Origin: an uncultured cyanobacterium
GTDB lineage: Bacteria; Cyanobacteriota; Cyanobacteriia; Cyanobacteriales; Cyanobacteriaceae
Reading direction: 5' to 3'
Assembly (NCBI GenBank): GCA_963710605.1
Contig: CAVQBA010000007.1
Span: 32,001-96,000 of the forward strand
DNA length: 64,000 nucleotides
This document shows positions 55,038-64,000 of this stretch, one piece after another (positions within the stretch are counted from its first letter, which is position 1; each line of letters opens with the position of its first letter). The notes beneath the pieces are model-generated. The model was given only the letters and a program-made list of their open reading frames with translations, made no database searches and was not told where the DNA came from. Made by a program: the position numbers and the translations under genes.

Positions 55038-57107
55038 TTACTTGGCTGTATTACTTAAACCATCATCATCATCTGATGACGTTGTTGGGGTATAACTTTC
55101 TGTTGGCGTTGATTCAGGGGTAGTAAAATCAGAGCTAGAATCATCAATTAAAGTTGAAGTTTGAGTATCATCAGATGATTGTAATAATTGCTGAATACTT
55201 TTAATTAAGCTACCTAACTTGCCTTCATCTAATAAAGTATTAACTAAAGACAAACCACTAGTAGAAAGCAAAATTTTGTTGATATCACTAGCACCATTAG
55301 TGCCGTTACCACCATTGGGGAATGAATAAATCCGAGCATCTCCTAACACTCCTTTTTGTGGAGCTAAGGATTTTAGTATTTCAGGCAGTTGTGGAGCGAT
55401 TAACGGTAAAATTTCTTTTATAATCTCCGCAGTCCGATTAGCATTATTAAGGTTATTTTCGGCTTGAATCTCAGCGAGTTTACCTTGGGCTTCAGCTAAA
55501 GATTTATATTTTTGGGCATCAGCTAAGGTACGGATTGATTCAGCTTCTAATTCGGCGGCTTGACGTGCAATTTCAGCTTGACGACGACGACGGAAGACAT
55601 CTATTTCAACGACGTTTTGATCAGTAATTCGTTTTTCGTTAGCTTCTCTTTCAGCAACGATTACGGATAATTGTTTTTCTCTTTCGGCATTTTCTACTTG
55701 TCTGGCGGTTTTAACTGCTTCTTCTGCTTGAGCTTTTTCGGCTTCGGCGGCAAATCTATCTTTTTCTTTTTGAGAGATAGCTATGGAGGCTTCTTGTTGG
55801 GCTATTTGTGATTCTTGATCAGCTTGTGCGATCGCTATTGTAGCTCTTAAACGAGAAGATTGTACTGTTTGCTCACGTTCAATCTCAGCAACTTCTGCTT
55901 CTTGTGCTTGTATAGTCTGAGCGACTTTTAGTTGTTTATTACGCTCTTCTAAAGCGATATTAGCTTGAATTTGACTTGCTTGGACGGCTAATTTTTGTTT
56001 AATTTGTTCTTCTTCGATCGCTTGTTGTTGTAAGATTTGGTTACGTTCGATTTTAGCTTGTTCTTGATCTTTTGATTCTTGAATTTCTCTTTCTCGTTGG
56101 GCTTTTAAAAACTCAATATCTTTTTTTTGAGTTAGCTTAGCTTCTTCTTTTTGTTTATTGATTAGTAAAGATTGTTTTTCGGCTTCTAATTCTTGTTGTT
56201 CGATCGCAATTTGCGTATTTAATTCTATTTCTTTTTTCTCTCTTTGATTAGTTAACTCTACATCAAATTTTTGCTTAATTGATTGTTGAATTGTTTCGGT
56301 ACGTAAACGCACACCTTGAGCATCAAAAAAGTTATTCTCATCATAAGTATCACTTTCTTCAATCTCAGAAATAGCGATATTATTTAAAGTTAAACCTACT
56401 TTTTTTAAGTCTTGTTGAATTAAGTTTAAAACTTCATCAGCAAAACCTAATTTATCTGAATCTATCTCAGCAATACTTTTCTTTTTAGCGGCGGCACGAA
56501 TGGCATCATCTGCTCTTTTTTCTAATGCTTCTTTAATATCTATTTCTGATATTTTTCCTTGTTTAGAAAGTCTTTGGGCGGCAGTTAAAACGGCATCTTT
56601 ATCAGCACTAATACAAACATAAAAAGTAACCCGCATATTCGCTCTGAGGTAGTCTCTAGTACGTACGGCTAAGTTACCTTGTCTTACTACATCAATCGAT
56701 ATTTCTCTTAAAGGTACACGGGTTAATTCATGAATACCCGGAATAACGATACAACCACCATTTAAAATAACTTTTTTATCTTTAATAAATAAGCCACCAT
56801 TCCTGACAAATGCTTCGTTATTAGGTGTAACTACATAGACTCTGGTATAACCCCAAAGGGCAAGTAATCCTAATAAGACTAAGCCACCAATTAGACTAGC
56901 AAAAAAGGTCAAACTAGTAAACGAACCAACTAAATTTAGTTGACCAATAATCGGTGGATTATTAACTGGTATTTGAGCAAGTTGCTTAGTTGTATTTGTA
57001 CTTGAATCAATTAGTAATGACGAATTAATATCTAACTCTAAATATTCTTCTATACTATTGATTTTATTAGTAGGTAGCTGTTGGATAAATTCTAACCAAA
57101 ATTTCAT
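55038..57107 (-). CDS. Flotillin / SPFH-domain membrane protein
   Basis: TM, SPFH (NNEAFVR.GG, YDENNFFDAQG) and long AE-rich coiled coil. Confidence 0.9.
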   Translation of the reverse strand: MKFWLEFIQQLPTNKINSIEEYLELDINSSLLIDSSTNTTKQLAQIPVNNPPIIGQLNLVGSFTSLTFFASLIGGLVLLGLLALWGYTRVYVVTPNNEAFVRNGGLFIKDKKVILNGGCIVIPGIHELTRVPLREISIDVVRQGNLAVRTRDYLRANMRVTFYVCISADKDAVLTAAQRLSKQGKISEIDIKEALEKRADDAIRAAAKKKSIAEIDSDKLGFADEVLNLIQQDLKKVGLTLNNIAISEIEESDTYDENNFFDAQGVRLRTETIQQSIKQKFDVELTNQREKKEIELNTQIAIEQQELEAEKQSLLINKQKEEAKLTQKKDIEFLKAQREREIQESKDQEQAKIERNQILQQQAIEEEQIKQKLAVQASQIQANIALEERNKQLKVAQTIQAQEAEVAEIEREQTVQSSRLRATIAIAQADQESQIAQQEASIAISQKEKDRFAAEAEKAQAEEAVKTARQVENAEREKQLSVIVAEREANEKRITDQNVVEIDVFRRRRQAEIARQAAELEAESIRTLADAQKYKSLAEAQGKLAEIQAENNLNNANRTAEIIKEILPLIAPQLPEILKSLAPQKGVLGDARIYSFPNGGNGTNGASDINKILLSTSGLSLVNTLLDEGKLGSLIKSIQQLLQSSDDTQTSTLIDDSSSDFTTPESTPTESYTPTTSSDDDDGLSNTAK

Positions 57108-57289
57108 TTCTCTAACCCTCTTCTAATGATTAAACTTTTATTTTTCTAATCTAAGTCTTAGTGTAGTAAATATTCTTTTTAACTTAAATTAATAATTGTT
57201 AACTATTAACTCTATTTACTAATATTTTTTTATTGACTAATATTTATCTACCAGTATATAAGTAGTTAAAAATAACTGATTACTGATTA

Positions 57290-58069
57290 CTAATTATTAA
57301 TTAAATTAATCCATTTATCTTGATCTGAGCTATCTTTAGCAATCGCTAAAAAATAGTTTGGACGTTGTTCTATAACTAGTATTTCTTCTCCTCTGACAGG
57401 GATAACATTTGCCCATTCAGGTAAACAAATTTCGATCGTGACTAAATTACTATTAGAATCTAAGACATCAGCTTGAGCGATTCTACCTTCAATAATATAA
57501 GGTACTTGTTTTGAGGTAACGTTACCATAACAACCAATCAAACGATCGCCTTTTGTTTCTTCTCCTGCTTCTTGAAAGATTTGCCCGATCGGGTTTGATA
57601 ATATTTTGCCTACCCAAAGACTAAAAAACAAAGAAGCAAAGAAAATAAAGATTTCTAAAAAACCAGTCGGATTAGTTTCGGTGATTGTACCGATGATAAC
57701 TGTCAAAAACCAACCTGTAACTCCCCAAGTGCAAAAATCGATCGCTAATAAAATAAGTAACGGAGTTTTACCAATACCAAACCAAGCTAAAAAGGATAAA
57801 AACCCCGAACCTATATCTTGTTGCTCGGTAGCTGTATCTTGGTTAATATCAAAATCATTATCAACTTTTACGGTAAAATCAAGAGGGCTATCAATATCAG
57901 TATCTATATCTACATCTACATCAACGTCTGCATCCGAATCTAAACCTTCTCCATCCGCACCAGAGATGATAACAATTAAAAATAAAAGAATACCAGTAGC
58001 CAGAAAAATCCAGTAAGTTAGATTAGCTAGATCAAAAAGCATATTAAAGTTGACCAATAAAAATCTCAA
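57290..58069 (-). CDS. YqiJ/NfeD-like OB-fold membrane partner of flotillin
   Basis: TM, D-rich linker, WFGIGKTPL, C-terminal OB-like domain; directly upstream of flotillin. Start probably at MLFDL. Confidence 0.8.
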   Translation of the reverse strand: MRFLLVNFNMLFDLANLTYWIFLATGILLFLIVIISGADGEGLDSDADVDVDVDIDTDIDSPLDFTVKVDNDFDINQDTATEQQDIGSGFLSFLAWFGIGKTPLLILLAIDFCTWGVTGWFLTVIIGTITETNPTGFLEIFIFFASLFFSLWVGKILSNPIGQIFQEAGEETKGDRLIGCYGNVTSKQVPYIIEGRIAQADVLDSNSNLVTIEICLPEWANVIPVRGEEILVIEQRPNYFLAIAKDSSDQDKWINLINN

Positions 58070-58340
58070 AAAGCTCAGTTGCTTTTCACTATTAGCTTAC
58101 CCTTTTCTTTCCTTAATAGATCGATTGTTAAGTAAATTTAAAACAATGATCAATGTATTAGTTATCAATTATCAATTCATAAGTATTAATTGATACTATC
58201 TAAATAAAATATTTATTTGAAAATTAAGTATTAATAGTTTCGATAGTAAATTAAGTAAAATAAAATAGTAATTTCTTCAACAGCCAAACATGAGTCAAAT
58301 AGTTTTCGCTCTTATTAATTACTAAGATTTAATTAGAATA

Positions 58341-59123
58341 ATGACACAATCAAATAATTCACCTCAAATACCTATTCGTGAGTTTGTTGGTGCAAAGCAA
58401 CTTAATTTGTTTCAAACTTTAAAACAGCCTCAATTCACAGGAGAGTTAGTCATTAATTCATCTAGGAATGAAGAGTGGACTTTTTATTTTTATTTAGGGC
58501 GTATTCTTTACGCAACAGGTGGCAAACATCCTGTCAGACGTTGGTTAAGAAATGTTAAATATATTACACCGAATGTAATTGATCAATTTTCTTTAGTTGA
58601 TCCTATATTGTTACAGAAAAAACAATTTCAACAATACTGGGAGTACGAGTTATTAAATTATTGGTTAATTAAAGGTATTGTGACTAGAGAACATTTAGGT
58701 AAAATCATTCCTAATATTATCGTCGAAGTCTTATTTGATATTACTCAACGGATGGAAATAGTTTTTCAGTTATCAGAAAAGCGATCGTTATCAACTCAAT
58801 TAGTCTTTGTCAATCCCGAACAAGTTATTACTCAAGCGTCTAATAACTGGGATAGATGGCAAAAAGCTCAATTAGCCGATCGTTTTCCTAATCATTGCCC
58901 AATAATATTACAATCTGAGCAGTTAAAAAAACAGACTTCTAACCAAGCTTACCAAATAATGACTAAATTATTTAATGGCAAGAATACTTTACGAGATTTA
59001 AGTCTTCAGTTAAAACAAAATACAACTTCGGTGACTAAATCGATGTTACCTTATATTCAAATGGGATTAATTGATTTGATTGCAATTCGTGATTTACCAA
59101 TACCACTCAAGTTTACAAAGTAA
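58341..59123 (+). CDS. PATAN/DUF4388-domain protein without a receiver domain
   Basis: FTGELVI...WTFYFYLGRILYATGGKHPVRRW...WEY...EVLFD, then a helical domain GKNTLRDL; ends before any REC domain. Confidence 0.75.
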   Translation: MTQSNNSPQIPIREFVGAKQLNLFQTLKQPQFTGELVINSSRNEEWTFYFYLGRILYATGGKHPVRRWLRNVKYITPNVIDQFSLVDPILLQKKQFQQYWEYELLNYWLIKGIVTREHLGKIIPNIIVEVLFDITQRMEIVFQLSEKRSLSTQLVFVNPEQVITQASNNWDRWQKAQLADRFPNHCPIILQSEQLKKQTSNQAYQIMTKLFNGKNTLRDLSLQLKQNTTSVTKSMLPYIQMGLIDLIAIRDLPIPLKFTK

Positions 59124-59142
59124 AACCCCACCGTTATTTCAG

Positions 59143-59174
59143 TGAACAATGAACAATGAACAATGAACAATGAA
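59143..59174. repeat. STRR array (TGAACAA)n
   Basis: 4-5 tandem copies. Confidence 0.8.
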
Positions 59175-59231
59175 TACTGTAATTAGATGGGGCTGTGCAA
59201 TCGTTTTTAATTAGTTAAGTTATCTTGAAAA

Positions 59232-61004
59232 TTATTCTGTCACTGCGGCTTTACTAGCCATAGCAGTTAAACCAAAACAGAGAAAAGCATTAACTAACAG
59301 AAATATTTGAGAAGGCAAACCAGCAGCGAAACCCCAAACTAAAGGATTAGTAAAAGCGGTAATTGCTAAACAAGAAGCAACGCCCAAACTACTTCCAAGT
59401 GCCACCCATTTGAATATAGGATGTTGTAAAAATAGAACTATTAAAACAAAAGGAATTAAAGCACTAGCAAAAATAGGGTTTAAACTAGGTGTTGCCATCA
59501 CTACGTTACCTAATTCAGGAAGTGAGCTACCCATCAAACGTAATGGCCATTGAGGTAAATCGAAGATATAGAGGCTTTGTAATAAGAATAAACCGCTACT
59601 ACCAAAAACTAAACCTGTTCCTAAACTGAGATTGAAAACAAGATAGTTACGTAAGAACCAAGCTAGTAAATACGAACCGAGTACCATACCAACTTTTGGT
59701 AATAAAGCAATCGTACCACCATCTAACCAAAAACGCATATTCAGATAGCCATTTTCTTTTAACCAACGCCAAAAATCTTTGGGGGTGATTTGACCTTTTA
59801 AGGCTAATTGAACGGCTTGAGTAGCATCTAATTCGCCTGCACCATATTCGTTAAGAGTATCTTTTTCTACTTTACGAGCAGATTGTAAAAGTACTTGTCG
59901 CACTTCATCAGGCTCGGTTACTCCTACGGCTTTGATTAAAGCGGCTACCCCTGCTACGTGAGGTGCTGCCATACTTGTACCTTGAAAACCAGCAAAAGTA
60001 GGTAATTGCTCTTCTCCTGCTAAAATCTCTTGGACGATTAAACCTGCTTCAGTGCTACCACCAGGAGCGGAAATATCAACCCCCGCACCAAAGTTAGAAT
60101 AAGGAGCTTTTTTACCCGCAGAGTCTGTAGCAGAAACACTAATTACCTCTGGATAACGGGCAGGATAAGAAGAACTATTACGATTTTCGTTCCCCGCCGC
60201 ACCGATAATAACAACTCCTTTCTCGTGGGCATATTTAATTGCTTCAGCAAGTACGTCGCTCTCGCCTGAGCCACCTAAACTCATGTTAATCACGTCAGCA
60301 TTATTATCCGCCGCAAACTTAATTCCCTCAGCAATATCAACTACCGTACCGCCATTAAGCCCTAATACTTTGATGGGCATAATTTTGGCTTTGTAAGCAA
60401 TACCTGCGACACCATAGTTATTGTTAGTCGATTGAGCGATCGTACCAGCAACGTGAGTACCATGTCCAACATCATCATTAGCGATAACGTCATCGTTAAC
60501 AAAATCGTAACCGGCAACAAATTCTGTTTGTTCAAAATCAGGTACTGGGCTTACACCTGTATCGATAACAGCAACAACAATACCTTCTCCTTTACTGTCT
60601 TCCCATGCTTGCTCAACATTAATACTGCGTAAATTCCATTGCTCACTATAGCTAGGATCATTAGGTATTTCTAAGCTATGGTAAATATAGTTAGGTTCGA
60701 TCGATTCAAATTGTCCTTTAAGGGATGATTTTTTGAGTCTTTTAAGATCTTTTTTGTTTCCTTCGATAATATAAACATTGTCTTCAGCAGAAAAAATACT
60801 GTTTAAATTCGGTATATCTTCAAGTTGTGAAGCGATCGTTTGTAAACTTTTATTTAATTCGGTAGTGGAAATATCTTCACGAAAATCAATAATTAATGAA
60901 TCATATTCTCCTTGAACGGCTAAACCTTTAAAACTAAATAAGGCAAACCCTACACCTACAACAAATGTAAATAGAAGTAGTAATAGTTTTTTCATAATGG
61001 TCAC
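59232..61004 (-). CDS. S8 subtilase with C-terminal membrane domain
   Basis: VAVIDTG, GHGTHVAG, AAGN, GTSMAAPHVAG; hydrophobic C-terminal third. Confidence 0.92.
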   Translation of the reverse strand: MTIMKKLLLLLFTFVVGVGFALFSFKGLAVQGEYDSLIIDFREDISTTELNKSLQTIASQLEDIPNLNSIFSAEDNVYIIEGNKKDLKRLKKSSLKGQFESIEPNYIYHSLEIPNDPSYSEQWNLRSINVEQAWEDSKGEGIVVAVIDTGVSPVPDFEQTEFVAGYDFVNDDVIANDDVGHGTHVAGTIAQSTNNNYGVAGIAYKAKIMPIKVLGLNGGTVVDIAEGIKFAADNNADVINMSLGGSGESDVLAEAIKYAHEKGVVIIGAAGNENRNSSSYPARYPEVISVSATDSAGKKAPYSNFGAGVDISAPGGSTEAGLIVQEILAGEEQLPTFAGFQGTSMAAPHVAGVAALIKAVGVTEPDEVRQVLLQSARKVEKDTLNEYGAGELDATQAVQLALKGQITPKDFWRWLKENGYLNMRFWLDGGTIALLPKVGMVLGSYLLAWFLRNYLVFNLSLGTGLVFGSSGLFLLQSLYIFDLPQWPLRLMGSSLPELGNVVMATPSLNPIFASALIPFVLIVLFLQHPIFKWVALGSSLGVASCLAITAFTNPLVWGFAAGLPSQIFLLVNAFLCFGLTAMASKAAVTE

Positions 61005-61144
61005 TGTAAGTAGCGTGAGACTGATTTGACTATTATAAACAAAACTAATTCAAACAATTGACAACCAGTAACTATTTTTAGCACTTTAGTGATCGTATAA
61101 ATCATAATTAAGACGGTTGAAAAGACAATCGATACGTCCTACTA

Positions 61145-61232
61145 AATCCCTATCCCTTTAAATTCCCTGCCCCCTAAATCCCCAGAACCCCTCTGCCTTT
61201 GGCATCTCCCCTAAAAAGGGGAGACTGGGGGA
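61145..61232. repeat. GC-rich REP-like palindromic repeat
   Basis: CCCCTCTGCC-TTT-GGCATCTCCCC-TAAAAA-GGGGAGA..GGGGGA; related to the repeats at 43001-43087 and 33836-33872. Confidence 0.65.
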
Positions 61233-61352
61233 CTTGCTTGCTAAAAACAACTGTTGCAAATTTTATTTGAATTGGTATTCAGACGCTTAAAAAGGTTTAT
61301 TCTCATAACAGATGGCTTAAATACCATCACTAACTAATTAAAAATTTAACTA

Positions 61353-62028
61353 ATGAAACTTAATGAAGTTGTACCTTGGGGACGATCGTTATTAGAATAT
61401 AAATTGATGTTTAATCTTTCTGAAGTTGATTTAAACTCAAAAATTCTTGGTTGTGGCGATGGCCCAGCTAGTTTTAACGCCGAAATGACAGCTTTAAAAT
61501 ATGATGTAGTCTCGAATCGATCCTATTTATCAGTATAACGCCCAACAAATTAGACAAAGAGTTGAAAATACATATCCGACGATTGTCTCACAATTAAAAC
61601 AAAATAGCGATCGTTATAGTTGGAAGAATTTTAGGGATGCCGATGAAGTAGGAGAAGTTAGACTAAAAGCAATGGAAGAGTTTTTGTTAGATTACCAATC
61701 AGCAAGGGCGAAAAGTCGTTATTTTAATCAGTCATTACCAAAATTAGATTTTGACGATAATCAGTTTGATTTGTGTTTGTGTTCTCATTTATTATTTTTA
61801 TATTCAGACAAATTATCTTTAGATTTTCATCTTCAAGCCATTACTGAATTATTACGAGTTTCTGCTCAAGTCAGGATTTTTCCTTTACTTACTCTTGATT
61901 GTGAATTCTCTCCTTATATCGATGGAGTTAAAGAAAAATTATTCAACCAAGGAATTAATGTAGAAATTGAAACAGTTGCTTATGAATTTCAAAAAGGAGG
62001 TAATCAAATGATAAAAATTAGTTGTTAG
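61353..62028 (+). CDS. SAM-dependent methyltransferase, split by a +1 frameshift at 61515-61516
   Basis: VVPWGRS..EY..MF, ILGCGDGPASFN; removing one A from TCGAATCGATCC restores SIDPIYQY... in frame with FDLCLCSHLLFLY...YEFQKGGN. Confidence 0.85.
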
Positions 62029-62270
62029 ATAAAAGATTGATTAGCTTTAATGATATAGTCATTTCAAAAAAGAATTGAGACAGTATTAATAATCGCAAAA
62101 AGATGAGTATGAATCCCGCCTTGAATTATCATTACAAGGCTAACAAAATCCGTTTAATAAATTAAACTAAAATCTAATTTCAAAAATTCTCTCATCGTTA
62201 TTTTAAACGACTATAACTATGAATTAGATTCGATCGTAATTGATTTACAGCAACAAATCAGTTTAAAACA

Positions 62271-63662
62271 ATGGAATTATTTAATCGTTGGCAATCTTCG
62301 TTTTATTTTCTTTTACTCAATCCTAATGAAACTAAAATATGGATTGAATTTGATGGTGATAACTATTATTTACCTCATGTAGAAATCGGTCAAGCAGTTT
62401 GGTTGGGTGAGTTTCAAGAAATTAAAAATGCGATCGAGCCTCAATTTGAGATTGCGGTCAATATCTTGCATTACATCACTTATGACGTGGATAAAAAAAA
62501 GCGTCAGATTAAAGGTATCTATGTTTTAGAACAACATAATCCTAAGCAAACCAAACCAAACAAAAACGGATTTTGGTGTGATAGTTCTAAATTAGCCAGT
62601 ATAAATTTTAGTTGCCATCAACACAAATCGATTGTACAAAAATACTTACAAGAAATTGAAGATGGTTATGTTTCACCATTTAGTCCACCTTGGGCAAAAG
62701 CTGGCTGGCTAGAAGAGGTTACTGTTTGGATTAAAGAACAACTTAATCAATTAGGTTATCAACAAATAGAGTCGATCGAATATCTAAAAATTTGGTCAAT
62801 ATCTGCTGTACTCAAAATTTCCACTTCTGAAAATACATTTTATTTCAAACAAGCTTCTCCTCATTTACCTCTTTTTTGTAATGAGCCAGCAATTACCGAT
62901 GAATTAGCCACTTTGTTTCCTGATCAGATACCAACTATCATCAAAATCGATCGACAACGTCATTGGATGTTAATGGCAGATTTTGGTAATTCAACAGGTG
63001 GTGATGCCTCACGCAATATTAAAGAAGATATTTATCGATCGTATGCTCAAATACAAATACGGTCAATTCCAGAGTGCGATCGTTTATTAATAGTTGGTTG
63101 TATCGATCGACGTTTGGATGTTTTACAATCTCAAATAGATAATTTGATTAACCAGATACAACCCTCATCCGAATTATCTGACAAAGAAATTGAGCAATTA
63201 CAAAGTCTTGCCCCTCAACTAAAAGATTTATGCGATCGATTAGCTAGTTATAATATTCCTCAAACGATCGTACATGGCGATTTACATTTAGGTAATGTTG
63301 CTTTATCCGATGATAGTTACATTTTTTTTGATTGGACAGATAGTTGTATTAGTCACCCTTTCTTCGATTTTTTTGAATTATACTTCTCCAGAAACCAAAA
63401 CTCTTTTTTCTCTTTTTTTACTCGTGTTTGGAAAGCTAGGTATCAAAAACGTTTACGCGATCGATATTTGAGTCAGTGGACAAATTACGAACCAATGGAG
63501 CGTTTACTCGAAGCATGGAATCTTGCCAAACCTTTATGTGCATTACATCATGCTGTTACTTATCACAGTATGCTAAATCATTTAGAACCAAAGAGCAAAC
63601 AAGAGCTTAACGCTTTACCTTACTTTATCAAAGAAATTATTCAATCTTTGCCCTCAAAGTAA
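62271..63662 (+). CDS. Aminoglycoside phosphotransferase (APH)-like kinase with an N-terminal extra domain
   Basis: YFKQ, HGDLHLGNV, FFDWTD..ISHPFFD. Confidence 0.8.
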   Translation: MELFNRWQSSFYFLLLNPNETKIWIEFDGDNYYLPHVEIGQAVWLGEFQEIKNAIEPQFEIAVNILHYITYDVDKKKRQIKGIYVLEQHNPKQTKPNKNGFWCDSSKLASINFSCHQHKSIVQKYLQEIEDGYVSPFSPPWAKAGWLEEVTVWIKEQLNQLGYQQIESIEYLKIWSISAVLKISTSENTFYFKQASPHLPLFCNEPAITDELATLFPDQIPTIIKIDRQRHWMLMADFGNSTGGDASRNIKEDIYRSYAQIQIRSIPECDRLLIVGCIDRRLDVLQSQIDNLINQIQPSSELSDKEIEQLQSLAPQLKDLCDRLASYNIPQTIVHGDLHLGNVALSDDSYIFFDWTDSCISHPFFDFFELYFSRNQNSFFSFFTRVWKARYQKRLRDRYLSQWTNYEPMERLLEAWNLAKPLCALHHAVTYHSMLNHLEPKSKQELNALPYFIKEIIQSLPSK

Positions 63663-63709
63663 ACGGGTTATTTTTATAGTAATTTCAAATAAAAACTAAC
63701 TATTATAAT

Positions 63710-63738
63710 GTAGGGACGTAGCAGTGCTACGTCCCTAC
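63710..63738. repeat. Perfect 29-bp GTAG-REP palindrome
   Basis: GTAGGGACGTAGCA-G-TGCTACGTCCCTAC. Confidence 0.9.
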
Positions 63739-63769
63739 CAGATTTTTTATTTAAATTACTTATTTTATT

Positions 63770-64000
63770 ATGGCTAAAATATTTGCTGTTGTTGTCGCTA
63801 CTGTGCCAAACTATTACGAATATAAAAAAGAACATCCCGAACACGATCGAGATCAAATAGCTTGGTTTAAAGAGCAAGCAGGTAAAGGTATTTTACTCTC
63901 CTGTGGTCCTTTTTATCCTCATGATGGTACGGGGATTTGGGTAATACAAGCAGAAGATATAGAAGAAGCGAAGAAAATAGTTAATACTAGTCCTAGAGTA
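63770..64000 (+). CDS. YciI-like protein (3' end off the window)
   Basis: MAKIFAVVV...EHPEHDRDQIAWF...GILLSCGPFYPHDGTGIWVIQAEDIEEAKKIV..SPR. Confidence 0.7.
   Translation, partial: MAKIFAVVVATVPNYYEYKKEHPEHDRDQIAWFKEQAGKGILLSCGPFYPHDGTGIWVIQAEDIEEAKKIVNTSPRV

Overview
AT-rich cyanobacterial chromosome segment. The CGATCG (HIP1 core) hexamer is very frequent, there are heptamer STRR arrays, and gene content such as chlD, sigC, lrtA/hpf and a TIGR02652-like gene suggests a unicellular Cyanobacterium/Geminocystis-like organism. Most of the window is housekeeping and signalling genes: hpf, rnpB, sigC, infC, natD, cobM, znuA/znuC, rpmA/rplU, pyk, thrB, chlD, mrnC, a CheB-CheR hybrid kinase cluster, tatC, clpB, glpK, a P450, tspO, a GGDEF-EAL protein, a tRNA(CAU), hrcA, flotillin/YqiJ and two subtilases. 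Accessory elements are an orphan HNH nuclease sitting where znuB would be expected, an apparently intact tnpB-only IS200/IS605 element with a recognisable right end, and a 2 kb graveyard of giant surface-protein and pentapeptide-repeat fragments invaded in-frame by palindromic repeats. Genes missed by the ORF track include an ATT-initiated STAS anti-anti-sigma gene and a probable atpT (AtpTheta) small protein. Four genes (pyk, clpB, a PaO-like Rieske oxygenase and a methyltransferase) carry single-base frameshifts that are probably assembly errors. I see no CRISPR array and no convincing new multi-gene system; the best leads are small-scale. All product calls come from motif recognition by eye, not database searches.
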